From the NCBI GenBank assembly GCA_000165345.1, contig CM000429.1, positions 512,001 through 576,000 on the forward strand: 64,000 bases of DNA. The letters are read 5' to 3'. The notes under the pieces are model-generated. The model did not search any database. It was given only the letters and a program-made list of their open reading frames with translations, and was not told the origin of the DNA. Below, in pieces: positions 10,111 through 19,941 of this stretch; within the stretch, counting starts at the first letter, position 1, and each line of letters begins with the position of its first letter. The position numbers and the translations under genes are program-made.

Positions 10111-11784
10111 ATTTGCATCGTTACAATTAACAACAGATATACACAAAATACTAATTTCTTCATTTATTCGAAATATTAATAAGTACAAATCATTAACAGA
10201 ATTTTTATTTTCATCAGTAAAATGAGGCTTATAGTTAATAGAAATAGGAGAACTCTCAACACCTTTTAAGTGGAATAAACTCCATAAATATGTTCCAGCT
10301 GCCACTTGACTTGCAACAAACCATATGAGTCTTTGCAATATTGTTGGCCTTAACAAGCCAATTATCTTAATAACCTCGCTTGGTGCTTCTTTAAATGGTA
10401 CACATTTCAATATGTTACATATTTTAGGAGCATCATCACAAACAATAGATTGACCAAATCTCAAATCCCAAAAATAAAATGGATTAATTAAATTTTGGTT
10501 ATCGGAAAATAGATTTTGATGGATTAATATATCGAAATACTCAATTATTTGTTCAAAAATTTGTGTATTTGAAATTTTTGCGTTTACAGAGGTCAAAATT
10601 AACGATGCTAAAGCATTCAAGTCAATAAATACTAGCAAATCTGATAAATAGTCTTTGTTCGAGGGATCACTTTCGGTAATAACACTTAAACCTTTACCAC
10701 TGCATCCTTTTTCATCAATTAACTTATTGTTAATTCGTTCTGAAATAAACTTAACATTTATCGGTGTGATTTTTACATTTGGGGAGCCATTTATACACAG
10801 AATAGTTTTGAGATTTTTTAAAAGTCTTACTTCAGTTTCAATATTCAACAGCTTATCATTTTCAAAGTAGCACAGAAAGTCTGTTTTTGTAAAAAGTAAG
10901 GAGCCGAATTGCTGTTGTAATGAAAAATAAAATTGGTTGTTTCCTGATCCTTTGGTGTTATATGACAAGTTCTTTAATGATGGCTGAAAAGGCGGATTTT
11001 TAGATTCTTGTATCGCGTTACAGTAACATAAATATTTGGGAATTTTATCTCCACTATTACAACAAACACATACATATACATCACTTATTTTACTATTATT
11101 TGGAAAAATGATATCTTTGCAATTATTAAGTAATGGGTTAAAGAAAAATGGATCAACTTCAGCGTGGGCATTTAGGATATCAATTGAGCTGAGGCATTCA
11201 TAATTAAAGTTAATTCCTTGGAAATTACCTGAAATCTTATTCTCTGATTTATCATTCCAATATGACTTTTCACTTAGTTCAATTTTATGAAATGAAAAAT
11301 GATTTGTTTTTTTCATATGTGGGGGTTGTTTCATAAACTTATCAACATTTAGTACATTTTTAAATAGTGTATTTGGCGTTCTAATGATTGCCATCAACTT
11401 TGATTTTTCTTCATTCGATTCTTTAGTTTGCTTATTAATTATAGATAACGCACAACTGGATTCAATTGGCAAGTTAGGAAATGAAATGAATACTCCATTA
11501 TTATTTACAATTGAATTTTGAATAAATGGGATTGATAAAATGCTGTTGGGAAAAATATTCTCAAATAGATAAAATTTTGGTCCAATAATTTGTTGCAATA
11601 GCGGTTCTTCTATATTCACATTTTCACAGTTTGGTTTAATCCAGGTAAATTGGTCGACAAATGGGTGCCTTATTATTGAATTTGTAATTTCTTGGTCGAA
11701 TATGCTGTACCATAGCTCATTTGGAGCACTTTTAATAATAGTTTTTATTCTTCCTTTAGAGTGAGATTTGTTTAATTGATTCAT
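10105..11784 (-). CDS. hypothetical protein (559 aa), no recognised domain
   Basis: ATG start (cat on + strand at 11782-84). It is a long uninterrupted ORF. Its TAG stop (10105-07, - strand) directly abuts the RAD1 TAA stop (10108-10), giving tail-to-tail genes with 0 bp spacing. Composition matches the neighbouring genes. Confidence 0.5.
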   Translation of the reverse strand: MNQLNKSHSKGRIKTIIKSAPNELWYSIFDQEITNSIIRHPFVDQFTWIKPNCENVNIEEPLLQQIIGPKFYLFENIFPNSILSIPFIQNSIVNNNGVFISFPNLPIESSCALSIINKQTKESNEEKSKLMAIIRTPNTLFKNVLNVDKFMKQPPHMKKTNHFSFHKIELSEKSYWNDKSENKISGNFQGINFNYECLSSIDILNAHAEVDPFFFNPLLNNCKDIIFPNNSKISDVYVCVCCNSGDKIPKYLCYCNAIQESKNPPFQPSLKNLSYNTKGSGNNQFYFSLQQQFGSLLFTKTDFLCYFENDKLLNIETEVRLLKNLKTILCINGSPNVKITPINVKFISERINNKLIDEKGCSGKGLSVITESDPSNKDYLSDLLVFIDLNALASLILTSVNAKISNTQIFEQIIEYFDILIHQNLFSDNQNLINPFYFWDLRFGQSIVCDDAPKICNILKCVPFKEAPSEVIKIIGLLRPTILQRLIWFVASQVAAGTYLWSLFHLKGVESSPISINYKPHFTDENKNSVNDLYLLIFRINEEISILCISVVNCNDANL

Positions 11785-12152
11785 TACCAGATTAATTTGA
11801 ATAATAAATTGTATTTATTTATGAATAAATAAAAGTATAGATGCCTGTAGTTGAGTTTATTTATGAATGGTTTTCTTTATCTTTATTTATTCATTTCCAA
11901 AATAAATTATTATATCCGACTTTTCTTTGTATTGCCGGTATACGTATTTTTGAGACATTTACAGTGCAGGTACAAGAAAAGAGTTCTTACAGAGAGAAAA
12001 CTTTTCAGAAACAATAAAATTTTAGAATTAGATTAATTGGAGTAAAAATAATAAATTAATATTACAAGATGCAGTTTGAGTGAATACGTGCTAATTATTG
12101 TTAATAGCTAGAACAAAATTAATGCAGTCGATACATTATCAAGATATTATAA

Positions 12153-13067
12153 ATGAGCGATTTAGACAGACAAATTGAGCAATTGAGACGTTGTGAGCCG
12201 ATTAAAGAATCTGAGGTAAAATTATTATGTATGAAGGCTAGAGAGATTCTTGTAGAGGAGGCGAATGTGCAAAGAATTGATACTCCAGTGACAATTTGCG
12301 GAGATATTCATGGCCAATTTTTTGATCTAATGGAGCTTTTTAAAGTCGGTGGTGAACTTCCTGACACAAATTACTTATTTTTAGGTGATTTCGTTGACAG
12401 AGGATACTACAGTGTAGAAACATTCTTGCTCCTCATTGCTCTTAAAGTCAGGTATCCAGATAGAATTATGCTTATCAGAGGAAACCATGAAACACGACAA
12501 ATCACACAAGTATATGGATTTTACGATGAATGTCTCCGTAAGTACGGGAGTGTAAACGTTTGGAGGTATTGTACAGAAATATTTGATTATCTCTCTCTCG
12601 CTTCATTAATTGAAGACCGAATTTTATGCGTTCATGGGGGGTTGTCCCCCAGTATTGCTACAATTGATGAAATACGAAGCCTAGATAGAAAGCAAGAAGT
12701 TCCTCATGACGGTTCCATGTGCGACCTTCTTTGGTCAGATCCAGAGGAAATAAATGGATGGGGAATAAGCCCAAGAGGAGCAGGATATATTTTTGGGTCA
12801 GATGTAGTAAAGAGTTTCAATCATTGTAACGATATTGAACTGATTACACGAGCTCATCAGCTTGCTATGGACGGTTATAAGTGGTGGTTTGAACAAAATT
12901 TAGTCACAGTTTGGAGTGCGCCAAATTATTGTTATAGATGCGGAAATATTGCTACTGTAATGGAGTTAGATGAACAATTAAACTACCACTTTAAAACATT
13001 TGAGGCAGCTCCTGCTGAACAAAGAGGAATTCCTGCCAAGAGACCTGCTCCTGACTATTTTATTTGA
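12153..13067 (+). CDS. PPP4C: serine/threonine protein phosphatase 4 catalytic subunit
   Basis: Single exon of 304 aa. The N-terminal signature [14 protein letters not shown] is diagnostic for PP4. It also has the PPP metallophosphatase motifs GDIHGQ, GDFVDRG, GNHE and SAPNYC, and the C-terminal DYFI. Confidence 0.9.
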   Translation: MSDLDRQIEQLRRCEPIKESEVKLLCMKAREILVEEANVQRIDTPVTICGDIHGQFFDLMELFKVGGELPDTNYLFLGDFVDRGYYSVETFLLLIALKVRYPDRIMLIRGNHETRQITQVYGFYDECLRKYGSVNVWRYCTEIFDYLSLASLIEDRILCVHGGLSPSIATIDEIRSLDRKQEVPHDGSMCDLLWSDPEEINGWGISPRGAGYIFGSDVVKSFNHCNDIELITRAHQLAMDGYKWWFEQNLVTVWSAPNYCYRCGNIATVMELDEQLNYHFKTFEAAPAEQRGIPAKRPAPDYFI

Positions 13068-13160
13068 AAATTTTTTATCAGTTTGGAAGTTTTTTAAAAA
13101 TTTTAACAAAAAGCATATATTACTTTTTTAGTATTATGTAACTAATTTAGCAAGTTTATA

Positions 13161-14132
13161 CTAATTGATTGACAATATTGATTCAAATAACTTTATCATT
13201 GCTTCATAAATTAGGAACATTATTCCACTGTGCATGCTAACTTTAGGAATATGAGTCATTAGTCCTGGGAAATAATGGTCCCTTGCAAAGTTGACAAACT
13301 CTTTATGGCTTAATTTTAATATATTGATATCGTAGGTTTTTAGTTGGATATTTTCTATCTTAGCCATTTGCATCCTGGATCTAATAACCTGTAGTGGGTA
13401 TGTCAATGCCGATGCTAATAACTTCGAAATGAATCCAAAGATGAAGAAGCGTAGATTACTCAGATAAAGATGTTTTGAATTATAATTAATTGATTGATTT
13501 CGAAATATGTCATATATTACAAGTTGTATCAATGTATGCGGAATCAACATTAAAGTTGGAATGAACCCAGAATATAAACCACATATTCCATTTTTTTGGT
13601 AAATACTATACATGCATTCAGCAATGCCATGTAACCCAGCAGAATATTGCTTCCAGCCCTTTTTCTTTGTATTTACTGATTGAATTTCTAACCTGGATTT
13701 AACTAACCAAAGTGGATGAACGAGAGCAGTCGAAAGCACACTTGCAATGATTGTTGAAATTGAATTTGAGAACGGAGAAATTTGTAAAGGATAAAAGCAT
13801 GTTTGGCTTTTAACAACGTAGCTGAACACAAAACACTTATTTTCTTCTATAAAATAACGGATAAAATCAAAAAAGTACCTAAAAATAAACCATGAGACTC
13901 CAGATGCAACTAACTGGCCGTTTAATCCCTTATATAATCCAATAACTCCTTCAGTATCTATTATAAAGTTGATTGTGGATATCAATGTCGGGTGTGCGAT
14001 CACTGCACCATCGGATGCTGCTGCCACTTGCTGTCTAGTCCTTACTACATCTAGTGGATGAAGTAAAAAAGAAGTTATTATTGCAGATATAAGCGATGAA
14101 GTTGCTGTTAAAAAGAATTTAATTTTCTTCAT
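13161..14132 (-). CDS. mitochondrial carrier family (SLC25) protein
   Basis: Three tandem repeats carry the P-x-[DE]-x-x-[KR] signature: HPLDVVRTRQQV, HPLWLVKSRLEI and YPLQVIRSRMQM. Six hydrophobic helices. ATG start. Confidence 0.8.
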   Translation of the reverse strand: MKKIKFFLTATSSLISAIITSFLLHPLDVVRTRQQVAAASDGAVIAHPTLISTINFIIDTEGVIGLYKGLNGQLVASGVSWFIFRYFFDFIRYFIEENKCFVFSYVVKSQTCFYPLQISPFSNSISTIIASVLSTALVHPLWLVKSRLEIQSVNTKKKGWKQYSAGLHGIAECMYSIYQKNGICGLYSGFIPTLMLIPHTLIQLVIYDIFRNQSINYNSKHLYLSNLRFFIFGFISKLLASALTYPLQVIRSRMQMAKIENIQLKTYDINILKLSHKEFVNFARDHYFPGLMTHIPKVSMHSGIMFLIYEAMIKLFESILSIN

Positions 14133-14550
14133 AAAATTGTTATGCCAGGCCTAAAGAAACGGATGTTTACAAAGGGTTATAAACACAAAAATTTTGATTA
14201 TTTAACATTGCGCCGATATTGACTTAATTTTATAAGCTATTATTCTTTTTTCTTCGTTAGAAAAAAAATGAACTAAAACTTTATGCACATGCGGTAAACA
14301 ATTATAATATTATTTCCAAACACGAGCTGAAACAACCTTTCTACGATATTCTTAGTTTATACTTGGTAAAATTCGATCCTCGCGGCTCTTAAATGAATTG
14401 ATTTATAAAGTTTATCAAGTTTTTGAGCATGTTTCAGCTTATTAGGATCAATACCTGAGCGCTTGTTTTATTTTATCAATATTACACAAATGTTATTCTA
14501 GGAATTGATAAATTCATAATTATGGGTTCGTAGAAAACTTTTATTCAATT

Positions 14551-16239
14551 ATGGAAAAAATACCATTGGAACTTCTTGCAACAGTCAGCGAGTATCTACA
14601 AATGGTAGATATTTTTAGTCTATTGCATCTTAATAGAGGCTTTAACTATCTTTGGACAAGCCTTGAGTACTGGAGCATAGTATGTAGGGGGAGAAGAAAT
14701 TATCTGAATTTACTTGCAAATGAGTTTAATTGTATCTTAGAAGACTTGAAATCATTTAGTTTGAACAAAAGTAGCCAAGACGACTTAGTAGATAGTGATA
14801 ATAACGAATATTTTGGATTTAATTTAAATAACCTTAAAGCTAGTTTTAAACTTATGGGTTACAAGACAAAATGCAATGATAAATCAATTTTATGGAAGAT
14901 TTTTGTTAAGAGAAGATTAAGAAGATTGGACTTAGTACATTTGACTTCTGTTTTTCAGGATGTTAAAATATACAAATACGATAAAAAAATTATTGCTGTT
15001 TTTTCCCCTTTAATAGCAACAATTTCACAACATTTTTTAGAAATTTATGAACTTAGAAATGATAATTATTTAGGTAGAAAGTATTTTGATACCACGCCTG
15101 AAAAGCTAATTGATATAAAAACAAAATTAATCACACGCCTAAATTTAGACTTACTTCAAGGCCAAGAGAATGTTACATTGAACAACATTGAGCCGAAGAT
15201 AAGAACAGCCAACATAGTGAAATGGGCATTTTTTGATAAAAATACAATTCTTTGCGTTACGAAAGATTATGGGATCTATATTCATGAAATCAGCAATTTA
15301 TCAAAAAGAATAGCCTTAAAGAAACCGCAGGTGAACAAGTATCCAACTTTACCAAAAGTCGTCATTTTTGAAATATCTGGCAGCCTGCTTGCTATTGGCT
15401 TAGAAGATGGAGTTGTAGATATTTGGAAGCTTTTATCTTCTGAACGTGCATGTTCTAACTTGAAATGGGAAAAGTGGTATTTGACGCATCACTGTACAAT
15501 TTATTATGAACATAGATATTCCCGGAAAAGTTTAATTGATGTTTTTGAAGAAATACCCTCACCTTTAACATGGGTGAATATATCTCATAATTGCAACTTG
15601 CTACTGGCAATTTATAAAGGGGTCGTAAATGAAATTCGAATATTTTCAATTAATAAGTTAGATTTGAATAATAACCCGGCATTAATGAACAAAATTCCTC
15701 TCTATAGCGACATTCAAATGTGCCAAATAGATCCGAAGGGAAGGTTTGTAATTTGCGTTGATTCGAGCAAAGAAATTCACCCCAAAACTCGATTTTATTC
15801 CCTTTCATCTGGTAAGCTTCTTCTGGTACAGAACTTCAGAATTATTTGTCCATTATTTACCTCTTGCGGACATTTATTGATCGGCGCATACCGTGCACAC
15901 CCGAACATTCCAATTGAAAAATCTCAAAGTACAATGAAAATCATTAAAACATCGCCTAAACATATTAATAGTGAGTTTACGAGTAGCTGTTTTATCTCTA
16001 TTTGGAGTATTCCGTCTCTAAAGGAAATATATTCTTTCAATTGCGGAAAATCAGAACAAATTATAAATATTCGTTTTTCTAAAACTCGTAACTCAACGTC
16101 TATAATCACAACAACAATAAATAAAAATAGTTCAGACTATATTGATGGATCAATAATCAAGACATCTTCAAATATTCATTTTATTTCACATGATTTTTTT
16201 ACAAGCATTAAACCGATGAAATTGCCGCATTTTTTCTAA
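14551..16239 (+). CDS. F-box domain protein with WD-like C-terminal region
   Basis: The N-terminus reads IPLELLATVSEYLQMVDIFSLLHLNRGFNYLWTSLEYW, which fits the F-box pattern LP.E[IL]L..I...L...D...L..V.+.W..L....W. There are WD-like GxxDGxxxIW motifs downstream (IGLEDGVVDIWKL). Confidence 0.45.
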   Translation: MEKIPLELLATVSEYLQMVDIFSLLHLNRGFNYLWTSLEYWSIVCRGRRNYLNLLANEFNCILEDLKSFSLNKSSQDDLVDSDNNEYFGFNLNNLKASFKLMGYKTKCNDKSILWKIFVKRRLRRLDLVHLTSVFQDVKIYKYDKKIIAVFSPLIATISQHFLEIYELRNDNYLGRKYFDTTPEKLIDIKTKLITRLNLDLLQGQENVTLNNIEPKIRTANIVKWAFFDKNTILCVTKDYGIYIHEISNLSKRIALKKPQVNKYPTLPKVVIFEISGSLLAIGLEDGVVDIWKLLSSERACSNLKWEKWYLTHHCTIYYEHRYSRKSLIDVFEEIPSPLTWVNISHNCNLLLAIYKGVVNEIRIFSINKLDLNNNPALMNKIPLYSDIQMCQIDPKGRFVICVDSSKEIHPKTRFYSLSSGKLLLVQNFRIICPLFTSCGHLLIGAYRAHPNIPIEKSQSTMKIIKTSPKHINSEFTSSCFISIWSIPSLKEIYSFNCGKSEQIINIRFSKTRNSTSIITTTINKNSSDYIDGSIIKTSSNIHFISHDFFTSIKPMKLPHFF

Positions 16240-16903
16240 AATAACTTTGGGAATGACAATTATTAGGTGTCAGTTTTTGCCGAGAATGATTGGAATAAAT
16301 AATTCAACTTTCGAAGTAACAAGTAATAAAGCTGTGCATATAGTTGAAATAAGTTAAGTTTTTAGGGCTTTTATAATAAGAATATAAAAGGCAACAAAGA
16401 ATTCAGCTCCGTATATAATTAATGGAGAAATTATTGAGATTTTTTGAGTAACGCAGCACTTGTCCTTCAAAAATGATCGGAATTTAAAGATTAATGATAA
16501 CGTGATAAGGGTGATTTTCAATTGTTTATTTAAATTACTTTGCTGATAAGATATAGTTACTCGTTATACTATATAAATTAAATATACCACTTTAAAATAC
16601 AATTTAAATAATGAATCATTAGCAATAATAAACTATTAATGTTTATGCAATATTCCAATGAAATTATGCAAGATTTCTGTTATAATTTTATATTTTATCT
16701 TTTTTCCAAAGCTATTTAATATCCCGTTAATTTAATATCAATTCACACATACGCACACTAATGTGTACCTTAATTATCTGAGATTTCAAATTTTTAAAAA
16801 ATAAATAATTTTAGAAGGGTATTTAATGAAGATTATTTCAATATTAGAGTTGTTGGAGAGGATCTAAAGGCTTTATTATGTATTCAATATAAATTTTTTT
16901 TCA

Positions 16904-17563
16904 ATGAAAACAATTACTGTTGCGATTGTATTATCTTTGGTTTGGATATATGTACACTTTTGTTCAAGCTTCGAAAACAGGATAGAAGATATTGCATTAC
17001 TCAAGCTTAGAGGTTCTGTAGAAATGGGAGATCAACTAAAAGGTGGTCCTCACTATACAGGGATGATGGTAGGAGGTAGGCATGTTGGGATTGAACATTC
17101 TTTGGATCTTGGCGATTTATCGCAAGTATATCGCTGCTTGTTTTATTCTACTCACCCAGGATCATGCAATCCTTCAGGGACGGTAATAAATCCTTGCCAT
17201 TTTTGTAGAACTGAAGTGGTTTATGCTGTCGCTTCCGCAAAATGCCCTGGAGACGAGTCATTCCCCCCAAGTTTGGCTCCTTTATATATGTGGGTCTTGA
17301 AACCATATCATATTAGAAAAAGATTAGGGCATCAATATCTTTGCGCTGTAGAGCCGAATCCTGCAGCTAAATATGCATCTCGCCCTTCAAATGAATCACC
17401 GCTTTCATCAGATGAAAACTCATATCCGCTACCTCCAGAAATCCCATTTTCTCCATCGAATAATCAAAATGAATCCTTAAGTGAAAGTACATTGATGATT
17501 ATCATTGGGTCAGGCGTTTTGCTCACGCTATTACTTTGCGGTGTAGGGTTGTACATGGTTTAA
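16904..17563 (+). CDS. secreted or surface cysteine-rich protein, probable GPI or C-terminal anchor; paralog A
   Basis: N-terminal signal peptide MKTITVAIVLSLVWIYVHFCSS. The C-terminal hydrophobic tail LMIIIGSGVLLTLLLCGVGLYMV sits at the extreme C-terminus, as a GPI signal or TM anchor would. The central 6-Cys module (YRCLFYSTHPGSCNP...PCHFCRTEVVYAVASAKCPGDESFPPSLAPLYMWV...QYLCAV) is shared with the gene at 18055. Confidence 0.5.
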   Translation: MKTITVAIVLSLVWIYVHFCSSFENRIEDIALLKLRGSVEMGDQLKGGPHYTGMMVGGRHVGIEHSLDLGDLSQVYRCLFYSTHPGSCNPSGTVINPCHFCRTEVVYAVASAKCPGDESFPPSLAPLYMWVLKPYHIRKRLGHQYLCAVEPNPAAKYASRPSNESPLSSDENSYPLPPEIPFSPSNNQNESLSESTLMIIIGSGVLLTLLLCGVGLYMV

Positions 17564-18054
17564 TTAAATTATTATAAAAAATAAAGTCTTATATTAATAA
17601 TGTATCTATATCTATCTATCAGTTCTAAAGATAAGTAGTTGAATTTATTAAAAAAAATGTGTGGCTTGCAGCATTAAAAAGTTACACAGTTAAATAAATC
17701 ACGTGGCAATAAAAAGCCTTGTACCCTAAAATGTAATTATGGGAAGATACAACTAAGGGTCCAATTTGAATGAAGAGGTATCAATATATTTCCAAAGTAA
17801 TGAACAGGACTTTTGTCACAAAAATCTAAATAAAAGCAATATTCCCTCTCTTCTCTCCAAATTATAAATAAAGGGCGGGCAATATAAAACGTTACCTAAA
17901 TGAAAGGTTAGGTTGATTTTTTTTATTATAGAAAAAACGAATATAAGAATTTAGATCAGAAATTTTTAAAGACTTTTTGAATTATATTTATCTTAGTTAA
18001 TTGGGATCAATCTAAATCCCCTGTAATTAAAAATCAAAAAAAAACGCGTCAAAG

Positions 18055-19050
18055 ATGAAATACTACTTGCCTTTCGGAGTATTACTCTTAATTATACAAC
18101 TTTATCTTTCAAGGTGTTCTGAATCTTCGGAAGATACGGAAAGCGAAGTTCTTTCGATTCAAGATTCGTCTGAATTGAGGGATTGCAAACAAGCCATAAG
18201 TGGTATATCAGGAGCTGGTTATCATGAATTTACATTGGACCCTTCACTATTGAAGGTAATTTCGGAAATGGGTAATTCAGGCCAACCGTGCCGATTTATT
18301 GTAGTTGATGGCATGCAGCAGAACTATCAGCAGGCTGATGATGGTGGTTCATCAAGCCAAGTAAATTATTTAAGCCAACAAGTTCAGACTCCAATGCAAA
18401 TGACAATGCAAACGCAAATGCCAGTTCAAATGCCAATGCAAATGCCAATGCAAATGCCAACACAAATGCAAATACAAAGAACTAATCAGGGATTGCAGTT
18501 CGGACACGGTAATATGGTACAATGGGTAGGTGGACCAGTCAACTTTGACAACATGGTTGACTGTAAGTTCTACCGTCAAAATCCGGGATTTTGTGTACCT
18601 ATGTCTATCTATACTCCTTGTTCACGTTGTAAGGCGCGTGTGAGAACAATTTTTAGAACTAGTTACAAGGTTAGATGTCCTGGCCAGGAATCTTTCCCAG
18701 CACAATTGAGGCCTTACTTTGCTTGGGTGCCTACTAGTCATCGTAACCCAAAGAGAGAGAGAGGAATATTTTCCAGATGGAGACGCCAGTTTATGTGCAT
18801 TGTAATGGCAATTTCCGATATTCCAAAGGATGTTTCTTTGTTTTGGCAGCATTCTCAGATAACTTTCGATTCTGCATATGAAACACCACAATATGTTCCT
18901 TTACTTCTTGGTCCATATGGAGATCAGTCTACTGCACTGGGATATGCTGCTGGCACAAACTTCCTTACTTCTAGCGGCTTAAGTTATCAAGGCGCACGTC
19001 ATTATATTCAAAATCAAAATTCAGAACGAAATGCCCACGAAGCTTCCTAA
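18055..19050 (+). CDS. secreted cysteine-rich protein with MQ/MP tandem repeat; paralog B
   Basis: Signal peptide MKYYLPFGVLLLIIQLYLSRCSES. Same 6-Cys module as the gene at 16904 (DCKFYRQNPGFCVP...PCSRCKARVRTIFRTSYKVRCPGQESFPAQLRPYFAWV...QFMCIV). An internal (Q-M-P-M)n repeat. No C-terminal anchor. Confidence 0.5.
   Translation: MKYYLPFGVLLLIIQLYLSRCSESSEDTESEVLSIQDSSELRDCKQAISGISGAGYHEFTLDPSLLKVISEMGNSGQPCRFIVVDGMQQNYQQADDGGSSSQVNYLSQQVQTPMQMTMQTQMPVQMPMQMPMQMPTQMQIQRTNQGLQFGHGNMVQWVGGPVNFDNMVDCKFYRQNPGFCVPMSIYTPCSRCKARVRTIFRTSYKVRCPGQESFPAQLRPYFAWVPTSHRNPKRERGIFSRWRRQFMCIVMAISDIPKDVSLFWQHSQITFDSAYETPQYVPLLLGPYGDQSTALGYAAGTNFLTSSGLSYQGARHYIQNQNSERNAHEAS
18391..18480 (+). repeat. 12-bp coding tandem repeat (atgccaatgcaa)n encoding (MPMQ)n
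   Basis: Direct read: ccaatgcaaatgacaatgcaaacgcaaatgccagttcaaatgccaatgcaaatgccaatgcaaatgccaacacaaatgcaaatacaa. Confidence 0.8.
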
Positions 19051-19204
19051 ATTTTCTTCAAATATAAGTCCTATGTTCGAAAAAAGGTGTTCGTTAAATT
19101 AGGTAGTTAGGCACCTCTATAATTTTGAATTTTTTTAGCTATTTTTTTGTTGTCTTTAATACGGATTATTCCGCCAAATCATTTTTTTTTGTATTTATGT
19201 TTCG

Positions 19205-19758
19205 ATGACAAATCTCTTTGCTGACGAGATGAAAGAGGAGGACACGTTTTTACTTAATAATTCACTAATACCAGGCCGTTCTATTGAAAACGGGCTAGGA
19301 AATATGATTGACAAAATAGAAAGTGAAAAAGCTCAGTTATTTTCATGCGGTAAGTGAAATGTTTATACAAATATTTTCATTTGATTCAATGAAGTAAAAT
19401 CAATAATAGATGCATATTGGGACTGCACAGATATAAAATTTACAACTGATGCAGTTTTTTCAGTAACTAAATTGTCATGCGACTTCATGGATAAGATAGT
19501 AAGTACGATATTTATTAATCTCAGTTTTATTACGTTTTAATTAAGATGTTATGCGCAATTAAATTGACTAACTCAAAGAATATTGACCAGTCCTTTACAT
19601 TTGATAGCATATTGTCCGTGTTGGAGAATGATGATCGGAAACATAAAAGAGCACAAGATGTTATAAGGTCATATAGAAGACATAATGAATTACTATTTGC
19701 ATTCGAGGACAGAGAATATATAAAGTCCTCAAATCGCGACGCAATAGGAACTAAGTGA
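19205..19758 (+). CDS. small histone-fold protein, TAF13-like (TFIID subunit 13 candidate), 3 exons
   Basis: Exons are 19205..19349, 19410..19498 and 19546..19758. Intron 1 (GTAAGT...TAG, 60 bp) is in phase 1. Intron 2 (GTAAGT...AAG, 47 bp) is in phase 0. The AAG acceptor is unusual; an alternative CAG at 19522-24 is also in frame. The assembled protein reads ...EKAQLFSCG|DAYWDCTDIKFTTDAVFSVTKLSCDFMDKI|MLCAIKL...SILSVLENDDRKHKRAQDVIRSYRRHNELLFAFED. It parallels TAF13 (...LRCMMYGFGDDQNPYTESVDILEDLVIEFITEM... / DIVFLIRKDPRKFARVKDLLTMNEELKRARKAFDE). Only exon 3 appears in the ORF track. Confidence 0.4.
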
Positions 19759-19941
19759 GATGATTTATTATTTTCTTTGTATATATTTTCAAACGTCTTT
19801 AATTAATCTATTATTACATTTTCTCTGTACATTTAACCGGTTTTGCATAGACGTAAAAAACTCACATCAGAATAACTTGAAATAGAAAAATAAATTCTTT
19901 AAATGTAACTTTCTATTTTTAAACAATATTTTTTTTTTATA

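Noticed and set aside
19522-19545. Alternative CAG acceptor for TAF13-like intron 2
   Set aside because: It is in frame and would add FYYVLIK, but it implies a 26 bp intron, much shorter than every other intron in the window (38-122 bp). I kept the 47 bp intron with the AAG acceptor and flag the uncertainty.
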